Shown here one piece after another: positions 39,130 through 52,496 of a stretch of DNA of 64,000 nt. Both the position numbers and the translations under genes were made by a program. Each line of letters opens with the position of its first letter. Within the stretch, counting starts at the first letter, position 1. The stretch is from Paraspadella gotoi (lineage: Eukaryota; Animalia; Chaetognatha). The stretch lies in assembly GCA_051294375.1 (NCBI GenBank), contig CM119269.1:5973531-6037530 (forward strand). The letters run 5' to 3'. The notes under the pieces were generated by a model that saw nothing but the letters and a program-made list of their open reading frames with translations, was not told the DNA's origin and did not search any database.

Positions 39130-40560
39130 ACAAGCTTTCCGTCACGTGACTGGGTACCGCCGGTGTCCTTGCGTACCGGTTCCGGGCCTCCTCCCAGTGC
39201 GAAACTTGCTACGGACGCTGTTCAGGATCGGCGTTCGTTTTCGACGAGAGAAGATCGTACGCCGCTCACCGGCGCACTGGATCTAAAGACGCGTCTTTCT
39301 TAAGAGAGAGGCGGCAGCGGTGGCGGAGGCGGCATAAGATTACGATCCGGCACACGCAATTCCGCGTCCCGCCGACGCACGCCGTGCAGCGAGGCCGCGC
39401 CTTCTGAAAAATGCATGGTTGGCCAGGTATGCAACGCCGAGGGGTGCTAAACGGCGCTGATTTGGTTGGAGGAGACGTTCGGTCCTTTTGTGGGGCGGGC
39501 CGAGGAGAGAGTAGGGGTTCGAACGGGTCAGGGCTAGGTGGGTCTAGCCGGATCGGATCAGCCTGGATGGGTCAGGCTGAATCGTAGTCGCCCCAGACAA
39601 TTAGGGCAAGATCGAGAAAGTCCAACTCAACCGTGTAATACGGAAATGAGCTGACAGCGGATGATGATATTGGAGCGATATTTTGGGTCAGGAGCAAAGT
39701 GATTATTTCGGGTGAGAGTTGACAGGGTCAGGTTCCAATCTGGTCGAGCCCAAAGTCACAGGTTCGAACACATGAAGGTAGAGACAGACGGATCCATGCA
39801 AAACTACAACGGCAACAACAACGGCGACGCTGAGGCCGTCAACAGATTCACCCGAAGCGGCACAGCCGCTCGTCAAGGAGCGCTGAACCCGCCAGAGAGC
39901 CTTCCTCCACATGCGGCCCTGTCTCCGACATATCTGCCCCCGAAGAGGCTGCCCCCTCGAGTGCTCTTAAGCCGGGAGGCAGCCCCCGCAAAGACTGTCG
40001 CCAGAAGGCTAGGCCAGCAGAGAGACAGGTAACTCTCAGTAACTCTTGGTTCGACCAATCAGCGGGTTCCGACGGGAAAATTTGACAAATGTCAATTGAG
40101 AATCGGAGGATGTCTTTCGGACGAGGAAGGGGAGGATCGTCTTGTCGTGTTCGAACGGAGCAGTGACGTGACCTGGTCATTTATTCAGGTGAGGACAGTG
40201 AGATACTGCCGCTGACTCTTATCGGGGAAGGTCAGTTATGTAATCGACGATATAAGCAGATATCCAGCGTGGTTTTCCTTTCATCCCCGCCTCTCTCTCT
40301 CTCTCTCTCTCTCTCCAACACTTCAGCAACCCCTTCCTGTTCCTGCAATTGTCCTGCAGTGGAGAATCTCGACGATCGATTCCGGACGGGACAAATCAAA
40401 ACCCTCATTTTCCGTCGGGGATAAATCTTAACGGTAAAGTGGCCGGACACAGCCGGATGCAGCGGCCGACGCAAGCCGGGCCGATCGCAGCCGACCAGAT
40501 TCAGCCCACCGCACCTGAGGTGGGCGTGCCTCAGTAGATCGACGCGACGAGCAGATCTTG
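39130..40560 (-). CDS. GC-rich islands, probably several frameshifted exons of the same gene
   Basis: Composition resembles the clean exons and short ORFs overlap, but splice sites cannot be resolved. Confidence 0.3.
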
Positions 40561-40689
40561 TCACGCGATTGGCAGGTTGAGGGGTTTAGACCGGCGACGC
40601 CACCTTTTCCTTCTCTCCGACGGAAAATGGGAAAATATTTCGAACTCACCCTTACGGAAATTCCATTACACGAAGGACTGGAGACTTAC

Positions 40690-40871
40690 CTTCTCTCTCG
40701 CGTACTGGGTCGGTGCTTACTCTGGGTCGGGAGCCGATTCGGCGCCGGCGCCCTCGGCGCGAGCCGGGATTCGATGGACCGCGGCTTTAAAAACGTTCCA
40801 GGGCGCTTTTGGGCGCTGGAAACTTCTTTCAACGTGACCGCGTGGGGGATTCAAGTCCGCCGGAACATTGA
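40690..40871 (-). CDS. Internal exon (VNVPADLNP...KRPGTFLKPRSIESRLAPRAPAP...)
   Basis: gacag acceptor at 40872-40873 and a strong AAG|gtaagt donor at 40688-40689. One apparent indel. Confidence 0.55.
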
Positions 40872-42689
40872 CTGTCATGGGTTTAAGTGTGGGGATGAAA
40901 GGTTGGTGAAAGGGGTGAAAAGTGGAAAGGTGAAAGGTGAAAGGTTAGTGTCGGGTGAAAGGTTGTGTAAAATCGTTGGTGTGAATGGTGAATGTAGTGA
41001 AAAACAGGTTTTGTCTGAAGAGAGGGATGATGAGTTGGACAGGTAATCTTTGACGTCTCTGAGGCGATTCGAGCAAAGAGGCACTCGAGGTAGAAACTTA
41101 TTGGCGTCGGTTGCGTTGTTTTTTGCTGAAACTTTGTTCCCGCCCGATATTGATATAGCTGATTGTTATTTCTAATCCCTTCTTTCTTCTTTTCTTCCTT
41201 CATATCTTTCTTTCCCTTCAATTGTCTTTTCCTTCTCTTTCTTTTTCCACTTTGTACCCAAGTCCATTTTGTTTTCAATCCTTCACGCTCTCTCTCCATT
41301 TATCTTCGGCTCCTCCTCGGGTTTCCTTTCTTTTTTCCAATATTCTCTCTAACGGATTCCTTTATTCTTGAGACGGAAACTCGAACCGTCGGGTCGGTCG
41401 TCGTCCGGTCGTCCGGTCGTCGTCGGTCGGTCGTCGGGTCGGTCGTCGTTTCAATTTTTCCGGGATGTTCAGAAAAAGTCGCACCTGTGACTGGGAGTAG
41501 AAAAGAGGCGATATTTTTCTCTTCGTTGTCGTCGTTTTAAATCGTCGTTTTCGGTTTCGTCAACATGTTAGAAAACAGTTAAGAATATTTATAGTTTTAA
41601 GTTTCTTCAATTTCTTAGATCTATCTTTCATTGACTTATCCATCCTCGCTCTCTCACGTCTGTAAATTCATTACGTATGTTTGCCTGTTTGTCTTGAAAG
41701 TTTAAATTCTTTCGACTCCTGTTTTCAGGTTATTGTATTGTATTAAAATTTCGACATTAGCACTAAATTGTCAAGCATGCTTAATCAAAAAAATTTCTCC
41801 GCGCACTAAATCCGGCATATGCCAAAGTCCGAGGTCCATTTCATCCCTCATTTAAGGAAAACCAGTTCCTGTGTATGAACACCTCGTTCGAGACCCGCGT
41901 GTCGGCGGTCGGCTTCAGAAAAAACGATCGGCCGAAGAACTCCACACAAACCGGGGCTCGTAAAAAATGATGTCACTGGTAGTTTTTCAACTTTTTTCAC
42001 CGTCCCTCGTTTACAGAAGGGTTGGTTAATGGTAACTGGTTAGTCTCTACCACAAAAATGCCTGCTCTTTTTAAATCACAAAATAAGAGCTTTTTTTTCG
42101 CTTCGTTGTCTTTTACTAAAAGAAATTCAGCAATAGTACAGCCGATGTTTCAATTTATTATTGATTAACAATCTTTATTATTATTTATTATTCATTATAT
42201 TCAGAATCTTTAATTTTATTCACTTTTATTATTCTTGTAAATAGACGCACGATGCGGCGCCGCTGGCATAGCACTGGGCCGTGCGACGGCATCTTAGTGT
42301 AGGGACGCTGGACTTAAGGCGAAACCGGCGCTAAGATTCGGGCGTGCTTTAGACCATTTAAATGAGAACGCGGTGCCGAGAAAGACGAGCTGACGAGCAT
42401 TTGAATTTATTTTTATGTTTCTTTAAATTTATGCGTAAATTATGGTCACTCTAGACCTAAATGGGAAGCCTAAGAATTGTACACTTTTTCTCTACCTCCT
42501 CCTTCTACTTGGTTTGTACATAATGCATATAACTCTGTTGAACGTAGTAATATGGTTGGTTTCGCTGATAGACGCACAGGAAGACCATTACAAGTTGATA
42601 TTTAATACATCTGGCTGGTGATTGCGTGCTTAGGTGATACAACGTTGGTCTCGGTGGCAGGTGAGCGAGCTACCTCTACCACTTATAGC

Positions 42690-42905
42690 GAAGATTCGAA
42701 GTTGAAGCAATTGAGCTGAAGTCCAGAGTTGGGCATTTAAAGCCGAAAGTGAAGCCATTGAGCTGAAAAGCCAGGAAGTTGGGCGTTAAGCAGCCGAAGA
42801 TTAGCCATTGGAGTGAAGCCAGAAGTCTGGGCGTTATAGCCGAAGGTTCGAAAGTCCGAAGTCTGGCGTCCAAGAGCCCGAAGTTCAGCGGCCAAGAGCT
42901 GAAAG
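42690..42905 (+). repeat. ~45-48-bp degenerate tandem repeat, 4-5 units
   Basis: Unit approximately GAAGTTGAAGCCATTGAGCTGAAGCCAGAAGTTGGGCGTTAAAGCC. Confidence 0.7.
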
Positions 42906-43936
42906 AAACTTGAATTAACCTAAATTTATTTGGAGATTTAGACTCATCAGTATTACAGGCGGGTACGTATTGCAATGCGAGCAGATAGAAAAGTGGAGAA
43001 TTGGTGTGCGCGGGTCGTCACTCATACAGGTCAGCAATAAAAAAATACAAATACAAAATTGTCTTATATTTATTTCTGCCGAATTTTCCATGATTATATG
43101 CAATTATGTCACGTAAGGTTTGGTCCTGCTGTGGATGCGCCGTTCGGCGACGACCGACTACCATTGGTCGCAACTGCAAATGGTGTCTTGTCAGGAACCA
43201 CGGCATGTCGTCGCCTAAAGAGGGGAGGATCAGTGATGTGGGCGGATCCGCAGCTCCCGCGGGGCGTCGCACGGCGCCGCCTGGGTCGAGATGGGGAAAG
43301 GCCGGGGGGGAAGCAAAGACAGGTTGGAAATTGAAAGGTTAAGTGGAGTTTAGAGAGTAAGAAAAACAGTTGCAGGTGGGAGCTGGGAAAATAGGAAAGG
43401 CGTTGTATTTAGAGGAGAAGGAAGGGTAGAATGAGTGCAGGCATTATTTCGACGCCAGGAGGAGAATCCATCGAGAGGGAAATGACTTCGACGGACTGAG
43501 AGACGGTTAGTCGAAACGTAATTCGCTTTGGAGCCCAGTGGTTCCGGTAGGCACAAACGCACAAATGCAGACGACAACAACCACATACAACCAACGCGAA
43601 CAAACGCTGCGATGCTAACAAAGCGAACTGAAATGCGACTACGAAGCCTGCGGCTGACGACACATTTCGAAGAAAAGCCACTGTCGATCGGGAATGAATG
43701 CCAATGGTGGAGTTCTTCTCAAATCCGATGAATGCTGCTGACGGGAAAGACAAAGCTGGACAATGATTGTTTTTCAACATTAGGAGAAGAAAGTGGGTCA
43801 GGAATTTTGGCAAAGTCAAAACAGCCTCAGTCCCATTCATGAGTTCATCATGCGCAGAGTTAAAGCGCTTGAAAATTTAACTGCCTTTCCGCGAAAAAAG
43901 AAAAAGACGGGNNNNNNNNNNNNNNNNNNNNNNNNN

Positions 43937-44301
43937 TTTAAATTTTGGGAAGGATAAATGGTGGCTTCGTCATTCAGGGATGACTCAGCGATTATTTGAT
44001 CGTGAATTCAGATTTACATTTAAAATCTATGATCATCGTGAGATTAATTTTTTTTTTAAGAATCAATTTTATACAATTTTATATAATACATACGTATACA
44101 CTGAAGATTTTCATTGACTATTTGTTTCATTATTGCGAACAAAAGATTCTCTCGTATGTTATGAATTTTTTAAACAAAGAAGCCCCGTGGCCTGAGATTT
44201 AAATCTCGCGTCTTTGGCGATAATCTTATGATTCTTATCTCATCAGCGAATGAAGGCGTGAAGAGGCTCCGACATTTTCCTGTTCGTCTAATTGATTTTT
44301 T
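43937..44301 (+). repeat. Deletion-rich direct copy of ~32520-33010
   Basis: Shared strings gaaggataaat..ggcttcgtcat..agggatgact, gcgaacaaagattctctc, aaatctcgcgtctttggcgataa and ctaattgattt. Lies between two N-gaps. Confidence 0.85.
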
Positions 44302-45362
44302 NNNNNNNNNNNNNNNNNNNNNNNNNNNNNNNNNNNNNNNNNNNNNNNNNNNNNNNNNNNNNNNNNNNNNNNNNNNNNNNNNNNNNNNNNNNNNNNNNNN
44401 NNNNNNNNNNNNNNNNNNNNNNNNNNNNNNNNNNNNNNNNNNNNNNNNNNNNNNNNNNNNNNNNNNNNNNNNNNNNNNNNNNNNNNNNNNNNNNNNNNNN
44501 NNNNNNNNNNNNNNNNNNNNNNNNNNNNNNNNNNNNNNNNNNNNNNNNNNNNNNNNNNNNNNNNNNNNNNNACAGACAGAGAGAGAGAGTCAAGGATGAG
44601 AGAGGCTATTGTAAAACAGTCATAGTTCTCGTTGTCATCAACTTCTCATATCCAGGTCTGTGGAGANNNNNNNNNNNNNNNNNNNNNNNNNNNNNNNNNN
44701 NNNNNNNNNNNNNNNNNNNNNNNNNNNNNNNNNNNNNNNNNNNNNNNNNNNNNNNNNNNNNNNNNNNNNNNNNNNNNNNNNNNNNNNNNNNNNNNNNNNN
44801 NNNNNNNNNNNNNNNNNNNNNNNNNNNNNNNNNNNNNNNNNNNNNNNNNNNNNNNNNNNNNNNNNNNNNNNNNNNNNNNNNNNNNNNNNNNNNNNNNNAT
44901 AGGGCAAGGAAGGGAAAGGGGTTGGGGAAGTGAAAGGGGTAAAGGATCGGGAAAACCTTAAGGGGGGACGGAAAACGAGTGACAGAATGCTTTTTTTCCA
45001 CTTTGGTTTCTCATTCTCAGCCAAATTCCGTCCTTCCTTTCCAGAGAGAAATTCGCTCCAACTCTCAGAAGGAGAAAAAAAGGGGGGAAAAAATAAGGGA
45101 AAAAAGGGAAAAATAAGGGAGAGAAAAAAAAAGACTAATTTGGCTTCTTACATTCGACCCATCCAGCAGCGCTGCGGTTTTTTCCCTCTGCCTCTCCATC
45201 CCCCTCTCATTTTTTTTTCCTCATTTCAGTTTTGGGACAAATTTTTGGTCATTGGTTGGTCGGTCAGTCGGTCGAGCGGAGCAGCGGCTGAGCTCTTTTG
45301 TAGAGGTCCATTGCTCTGTTGCACTGCAATGGTTGGTACGACATAATAAAGAACTATTTTTC

Positions 45363-45398
<36 letters not shown>

Positions 45399-45404
45399 AT
45401 CTCT

Positions 45405-45444
<40 letters not shown>

Positions 45445-47880
45445 CTTCTCCGCGGGCATGCGATCTTTGATACCTGATAGAATTCTCAAGAGTAATTTAA
45501 TAGTTTTTATGAATTATAAATTAAGCATCCAGGCTGTCAATCTTATCAGGTTTTTTTCAAAAATCCACCGGCATATTCGCCTGTTCGCGATCGTAAACAA
45601 AATCTGCGATCGCTCTTCTGGATTTGACGAATCCTTACAATTAACTAATGAATTTGGTTAAATTAATGTATAAGTATGCGATGTAATGCGTGAAATTTTG
45701 TTTAATAGTTTTGTCGTCTGGGATTTAAATAAACTTTTGGTCTTTTATATTACTAATTTTTACTTTTTCTAATACATTTTTTGGTTGTCTTCTTCAAGTA
45801 TCCATTTTTTTTAAGGGGGACCAGAAGGTAGAAAAAAACTGATAATCATGACGAACATTTTTTCTTCAAAAAAAAAAAAAATTTTAATAAAAAAAAAGGA
45901 AAAAAAAGATTTGATCTTCCTCGTCGTCGAAGGATCATGAAAAGGATTTTTTTTTTCAAGGCTACAAAATAAATCCTTTAAAAAATCCCTAAAAAAAAAG
46001 AAGAGAGAATAAATTTCCTCCTAAAAAAGAGAAAAAAAAATTGTGAAATTCCTTGAAGGCTTCCAAATGCAATATCGAGGCATCACCCGATACAAGTTGA
46101 GCCGAGAGGAAGAAATTAAAGATTTACTTCCTCTCCCCCCCCTCCCATATTTCTTTTACATTCAAACGTTTAAAGTTTGTATAGAAAAAAGTTTCTCATA
46201 ATATTTTTTTTTTCGTACTTCGATCTCTTGATGGCAGGGATCGTTATTACTCGGCCGAGCACAAAAGAATCTCTGGTTTTTGTCAGTCCAATTTTTTTTT
46301 AACTTCTTTTTCTCCAGACAGAAATTTCGAAACTCAAAATGTAAGCGAACGTTATTTGTCATTGAGTTACATTAACATTTAAACTAACGCCCCGACTTTT
46401 TTGTAAATTATCGCCCTCGAGCTTTGACATTCGTTTTTTTGAACTTTCGGGGTCATATTTTTTTTTTCTGTTAATGTTTAGTCTCTTTTTCATTTTATTG
46501 TTCGTTTCATTGTGTCATTTTAAACAAATATTAGGCGATGCTATTGTTATTGTGTTTATTTCAAAACATCTTTCGTTTCCGACGTTCATCTCTCTAAAAA
46601 AAATTAATAATTAAAAAGAAAGTCGGTTAGTCTGATGTCTGATTGGACGATGTCCAAATAAAACGTAAAAATGTCCAAATTAAATGTGTACTTTAAAAAA
46701 AAAAAAGAAGAAAAGTCGGCGTCTCCTTTATGAGAATCGGCTTCGATCTCTTCGTTACCACAACCCTCAGGCCATCACTCCATCACTCCATCACTCCACC
46801 ACTTCAACTCACTACTCCACTCCACCACTCTATTTCATCGCTACACCTCCCACTCCACTCCTTCCATTTAAGCTCCTGTTGATCTTGGAATTGAACGCCG
46901 CAAAGAAAAAATTCGGGTTCTTGGAATTTTCTTCTTTTTTTTTCTGTTGAAAAAATCGAGAAAAAAAAATATTTCCAAAGTGTGATTGAAAGGAAGCCGA
47001 CGACGATGGGGACGACGAAGATGACAATGACGACGACGATGACGACGATGGTGATGAAGACGACGGGGACTAAAACGACGGGGACCATAATGACAACGAC
47101 GATGACGATTAACGACGATGACGATGACGATGACAGGGATGACAATGACGGAGATGGCGTCGACGAGGACGACGATACTGATAAGTGATAACGATGACAA
47201 AAAAGACAAAAGTGGCGACAACGACGACGACGACAACGTTTAACCCTTCAAATCCGTTGTGATTTTTCCCCTTCGAATGCTGAAGTACAAAAGAAGGCTG
47301 AACTCGAGATCGATCAAAATCATTCGAAGAAAAAACCGGAAATAGAATCGAACAGAATCGCATGCAATCGATTTCGGTCGCAATTGAATTCAATCGCTTA
47401 CGATCGCTTACAATCGCTCTAGGTCAAACTTGTCAGTCCACCCACAATCGCTTACTATTAAATCCAATCGATCACAATCGCTATTGTTTGCTTTCGAATT
47501 CAATCTCTTACAATTACTCTTGTTTTCAATCCTTTACAATCGCTGTAATCTATGTAATCATATTTCTTATATTTCTTATTCATTTCTTCTTTAATAAATT
47601 TACAATGTAATTCTCCGAATGAACGCATGACCCCATGATTTCTGTTTTCTGCACCAATTCTCTTTCTCTCTTCTCTCTCGCCAATCATCCCACAATGACC
47701 TTTTGACTTTTCCTCCGTCTCTTATTCGCAAATCATCCCACAGTGACCTCAGGACTCGATCCCGCTCGTGCCTTCCGATCTCCTCTTGCTTCCCAAAACC
47801 TTTCATTATTCAAAGTTGTTTCACTTTTATCATTTCTTTGACACACAACACACAGAAAGAGATGCACGGACGATCTTGAC

Positions 47881-48500
47881 CGCCATTCGCTGCTCGATGC
47901 GTCGGCGTCCGATCCGTGCGTCGGCAGCGGCGACGGCAGCGGTCGCGTCGGGTTCTGCGTCCCGCATCCGCGCGTTTCCCGCGGCTGTCGGTTCCTGGCG
48001 GCGTCGGCATGTTCGCGGCGTCATTCGGTCGAAGCCGCCGCGATGTCTTCGGAAGACGAAGCTCTTCTAAACGTCGGGCCATGTCACCAACATGCCGCGG
48101 CCTCTCCGAGCCCTTTCGGACGTGCGGCGTCCTCTTTCGTGCGCTGCCTCTCCTCGCTTTCCTGCTGCTGGGCTGGGCAGTGCGGCTGCGTGTCTCAGGC
48201 GTGCGCCACCTGAGACTTCCGTGATCCTCGACTTGCTGTGCTCCTCTAGGCGGCGGCGGTTCTCAAAGTCGCGGAATGTTGCGACTCTGCCAGCCACGCG
48301 CGGTGACATGTGACTCCTTCTTCTTTCTTGTGCTCGCTTTGGAGCGTCGGGTGCAGCAGGAGCGGCTGCATCAGTAGTAGAGCGCAGAGCCGATCTGTGC
48401 AGTCTCTTTTCTCTCGGTTCTTTCCGGGTTTGATCTGGGGGGACGGGGAGGGGCTGTAGTGCGTTGTGAAGGGCGTGGATCGTGGCCGGTTAGTCGGCGT
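47881..48500 (-). CDS. Noisy GC-rich probable exon
   Basis: GC-rich island with Ala/Arg/Asp-rich fragments and a possible donor GCG|gtcaag. The 5' end is unresolved. Confidence 0.35.
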
Positions 48501-48994
48501 GGAAAAGTACGAGCTAGATAAAAATAGAGTACACTGGGTGTAGAATTATTCAAATATTGTCGCATGCTGGCTCGATGAGAGAAAAAGTTTCAAAAAAACC
48601 TCTTTACGACGTAGACAACGTCGTATTTGTACATCGCTTTGGTTATTGCGTATCCGAGAGAGAGAGGAGAGAGAGAGAGAGGAGAGAGAGAAGAGAGAGA
48701 GAAGAGAGAGAGAGAAGAGAGAGAAGGAGAGAGAGAGAGAGAGAGAGAGAGATAGNNNNNNNNNNNNNNNNNNNNNNNNNGCTCTTCTCTGCTTTCTCAT
48801 CTCTCTCTCTTTTCTCTCTCTCCTCTCCTCTCTCTCTCTCTTTCTCTCTCTCTTCTCGCCGCTCTTTCGTCGTCTCTGCTTATAGGGTTGCCTGCCTATT
48901 TTTCTTTTGGTAACCCTGCGGTTCGTCGTATGTACACAAAAAGTTCAAAAAACCCAATTTAATTAATTGTTGTTTTCCTGTCTCTCTCACTTCG

Positions 48995-49028
<34 letters not shown>

Positions 49029-49035
49029 GTCTCTC

Positions 49036-49066
<31 letters not shown>

Positions 49067-49580
49067 TTCTCTCTTTATTATAGGTTTATGTTTGGCGCAG
49101 TATCCTATCGTCTGGGCCAGGGGTTTTGACCTTTCCTATTATTTAGAGGATTAGGTGTTTTATTTGCGGTATAAAAATTATCGCCTATTATTCGAAAGGA
49201 TGAAGCGATGAGAGAGGAGAGAGAGGAGAGGAGAGATGAGAGAGAGAAGAAGGAGGAAAACGAGAGAGAGAGAGGAGAGAGGAGAGAGAGAGATAGGAGA
49301 GAGAGAGATGAACGAGGTTGTGGCTACACGGAGAGTTATCAGAGATGGGATGAGAAGAGATGAACGAGAAAAGGATGAAGAAAGAGAGAGTGATGAGAGA
49401 GATGAGGGAGAGAGAGAGAGCAGACGACAGAGCAGAGACTGAGAGAGATGATAGGAGAGAGATGAGAGTAGATAAAAGAGAGATAGTTAGAGAGAGAGAG
49501 GAGAGAGAGAGCGGAGAGAAGAGAGGAGGAGAGAGAGATGAGAGCAGAGAGAGATGGGAGAGCGAGCGCAGACACTTCAC

Positions 49581-49863
49581 CGTGGTAGCTGAGTGAGATG
49601 CGCCGGCGTCATACAGTGATGCACTTTTAGCTGTTGTTTCCGTCGGTGATAAAAGTTGGCGTTTGCAGAGTTATAACAGGTAGACACCCTGTCATGCGAC
49701 GGCGAAGTTCTTTGACGACAGGTTTCGCTGCTGCGATGCGTGCGGCTGTCCGTCGCTGCTGCGTGCGTCGCGCAGCAGGCGACGGGCAGGCGCGGGTCGC
49801 GTCGCGTCGCGCTGCGTGCGCCATCCGCGTCGCTCCGCGGCGTCGGTTCCTGCGCGATATCTT
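49581..49863 (-). CDS. Noisy probable exon (EDIAQEPTP...KPVVKELRRR...)
   Basis: ctctctccccccag acceptor at 49864-49865 and CACG|gtgaag donor; internal frameshifts. Confidence 0.45.
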
Positions 49864-51392
49864 CTGGGGGGAGAGAGAGAGAAATAGACAATTATTATCA
49901 AAATACAATCACATCGAATGCAAACCTTAGTAACTTAGTAACAATGATGCATTTTGACAACAGACCATAACCCATTCCATCGCCTAGAATAAAACTTCTC
50001 GTTGATGCAAATGAAATTTTTTTTTTCGAAAACTAAAAATAGAGAATTTTTTTCTTCTTTTTTTTCATGTTCTGTTTCTTTCTTCAAATAAAAATTCGCT
50101 CACAACATTTGCCCCGATGTTCTTTTTTTTTCAGGGCGTTCGTTTCGCCCCCCAATTTCCCCCCCTTCAACCTATTTTTGTTTTACCAATCTCGAACCAC
50201 CTAGCCACCTCACCTCACACCCCCTTACCCAACCAACCCCACTTTCACAATGATTCCTTTGATCTCGGGTCGCCCGCTTATTTGTCGGGTGGCGAGATCA
50301 AACATCATTTCCAGGGGAGGGTCGCTCGAAAGACCCAAAGTATTGGTTTATCTTTGGGGAAATGAACGGAATTCTTGGATATTGAAGAGAAGAAGGTGGA
50401 GAGGTAAGGGGTGGTGGATGTGGTGGATGCGGTAGAGGCGGTGGTGGTTTGTTTACGTCGAAATGAAACATGACGGATCAAATTTTGGGTGAGACCGAGT
50501 TATTTCTTTGAAGCTCTTCTATTAATCCTTTTATTTGTAGTAATATAGACGATATTAAAAATTTTGAATCGTATTAAATTAAAATTATTAACCTTAAAAG
50601 TAGTTTTTTAAACCAATTTGAGAATGTTTATTTCAATATTTTTATTCATTATACGACATTACATTCATTTCATAACCAAGAAGCTTTATCATTTTTCGTA
50701 TTGAACGTTTTTAATCTAGCTTTATCGCATTATCGACTTTTATGATTAGTAGTAACACCAACGCATAACTCAAATCACAGACTTAATGTAAACTTGAAAG
50801 GGCGTTTTAAATAACGAAACATAAAGGAGTCATTGATTCCCTCGGGTCTTAACCAGCCTGGTTTCATTTATAAGTTTTAAAGCCCCGCCTGATCTGATGA
50901 ATTTAATCCAAGATAAATTTCGCCTTGAATCTTTTTGACAGTCTGTTTAGTGTTTACTCGAGCTTGACTTAATGTGAAAGTATAACCACGTCGCATTGCA
51001 TTTTTTTGATTGCACTCCTGCTGTTGGTTTGGTGATTGTTTCTGCTGGTTTTTTTTTTTTTTTTTTTTTCAAGCCCGACAGGTTCACGATCGACGTAACT
51101 TTTTTGACAGATTTTTCAGGATATGACTTTTTCACTACCGCCTGTTTTCCCTTCATCAATCGGTAAAGCCTGATTTCTTTGAACTTCATCGCCTGATTCT
51201 GATCCCTAGTTCCAGATTCACTGGTAAGAGTGAGACATCTGGAAACTCGTCAACTCATATTTTTTCGATTGCGAGTGACTTTTAAAGGGAGAAAGGCCTC
51301 GTTCCTATTTCTCTATTCCCCCTCTTCCTCTCTCCTCTTTCTCTCTCTCCCCTCTCTCTCTCCTCTCTCTCTCTTTCTCTGTTATTTCTCAC

Positions 51393-51517
51393 ACTAAAAA
51401 GGCCCTCATTGCAGAAAAAAAAGGGATCCGTTTCATTATTTTTGCACTGTTCGGTCGGTCGTCTCGCCAAGGCGAACCATTCCTGGGTTTCGAAGTTGGA
51501 GCAAGAGATTCTCCATC
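51393..51517 (-). CDS. Probable exon 4 (R|MENLLLQLRNPGMVRLGETTDR...)
   Basis: tctctcag acceptor whose phase matches the end of exon 3 (QEAAR-MENLLLQLR), and AGT|gtgaga donor. An in-frame stop at 51436-51438 implies an indel error or a short isoform. Confidence 0.5.
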
Positions 51518-51779
51518 CTGAGAGATGCGGAGAGAGTAGAGAGAGAGAGGGAGACGAGAGAGAGATGAGAGAGAGAGAGAGATGACGAGAGAGGAGAGAG
51601 AGAGGAGAGAATGAGAGTAAACACAGTGCGGAAGATTAGAAAGATGAGAGCGATAGAGAGAGAGAGAGAGAGAGAAGATGAGGAGAGAGGTATGCGGAAT
51701 GAGGGAGAGAGAGAATGGGTGGAGGGAAAATAGTAGGGTCATGAAAAATAATTTTTATGACACAAAATGAGTCGAGTGA

Positions 51780-51812
<33 letters not shown>

Positions 51813-52090
51813 GAGACAGATAGAAAGCGAGAACTAAGATAGACTGATAAACACAACAAAAAAAAAACCCTCAAAAAAAGCAAACAACAAATTCATTTCT
51901 CGCCAAATAAAACTCCCCCCAAAAAAACTAAAGACACATAAAACCCAAACCTACCCCCCCTCTCGAATTTTTTCCCCTTCTTCTCTCTCGACCCCTGCAA
52001 CTGGAAATAGTCTCAGGCTTAACGTGTTCACGACGAAGGAAACTAAATAAACAGCGCAAAGCGAAGAAACATTTGAACACGAGAAACTTT

Positions 52091-52164
52091 GGGGTTAGGG
52101 GGGGGAGTGCTAGGGGGGGAGTGCTAAGGGGGGGAAGTGCTAGGGGGGGGAGGGGGGGGGAGGG
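52091..52164 (+). other. Intronic G-tract array (AGTGCTA-G7-8 repeats) with strong G-quadruplex potential
   Basis: Seven G-runs of 3-9 nt separated by 1-8-nt loops. Confidence 0.6.
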
Positions 52165-52457
52165 TGTCGTCGAGAGGGAGAAAATTGGGAAGGGGGGGGG
52201 GAAGCTAAGACTAAGTGAAAAAAAAAAAACTGAGTCTAGCGGTAGAGACTTTTCGGTTTCGCGCGATTGTTTATTTTTAATTTATCCTTTTTTAACCCGT
52301 TTAACTTTGCTAAAAAAAATAAAATAACGTCCGCCTTTGTTCTTTTTTTGGTTAATACTTAATTTCATTAAAGCGACCGGAAACTTGGAAAGGATTAATT
52401 TATCAAGAATTTAAAGAGTAATTGTATAATTGGTTTAGTCGCCTCTCGCGTCTCGCG

Positions 52458-52496
<39 letters not shown>

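Noticed and set aside
43937-44301. Real duplication of 32520-33010
   Set aside because: It is a deletion-rich copy wedged between a 25-N gap and another gap, most likely misplaced gap-fill sequence.
44948-45825. TTAAGGGGG motifs (also 62181-62191 and 63786-63796) as more Kolobok ends
   Set aside because: No correctly oriented partner TIR was found in the window and the similarity is too short.
50947-51220. Minus-strand ORF MKFKEIRLYRL... as an exon
   Set aside because: It has an acceptor-like site but no convincing donor, runs into poly-A, and two frames compete.
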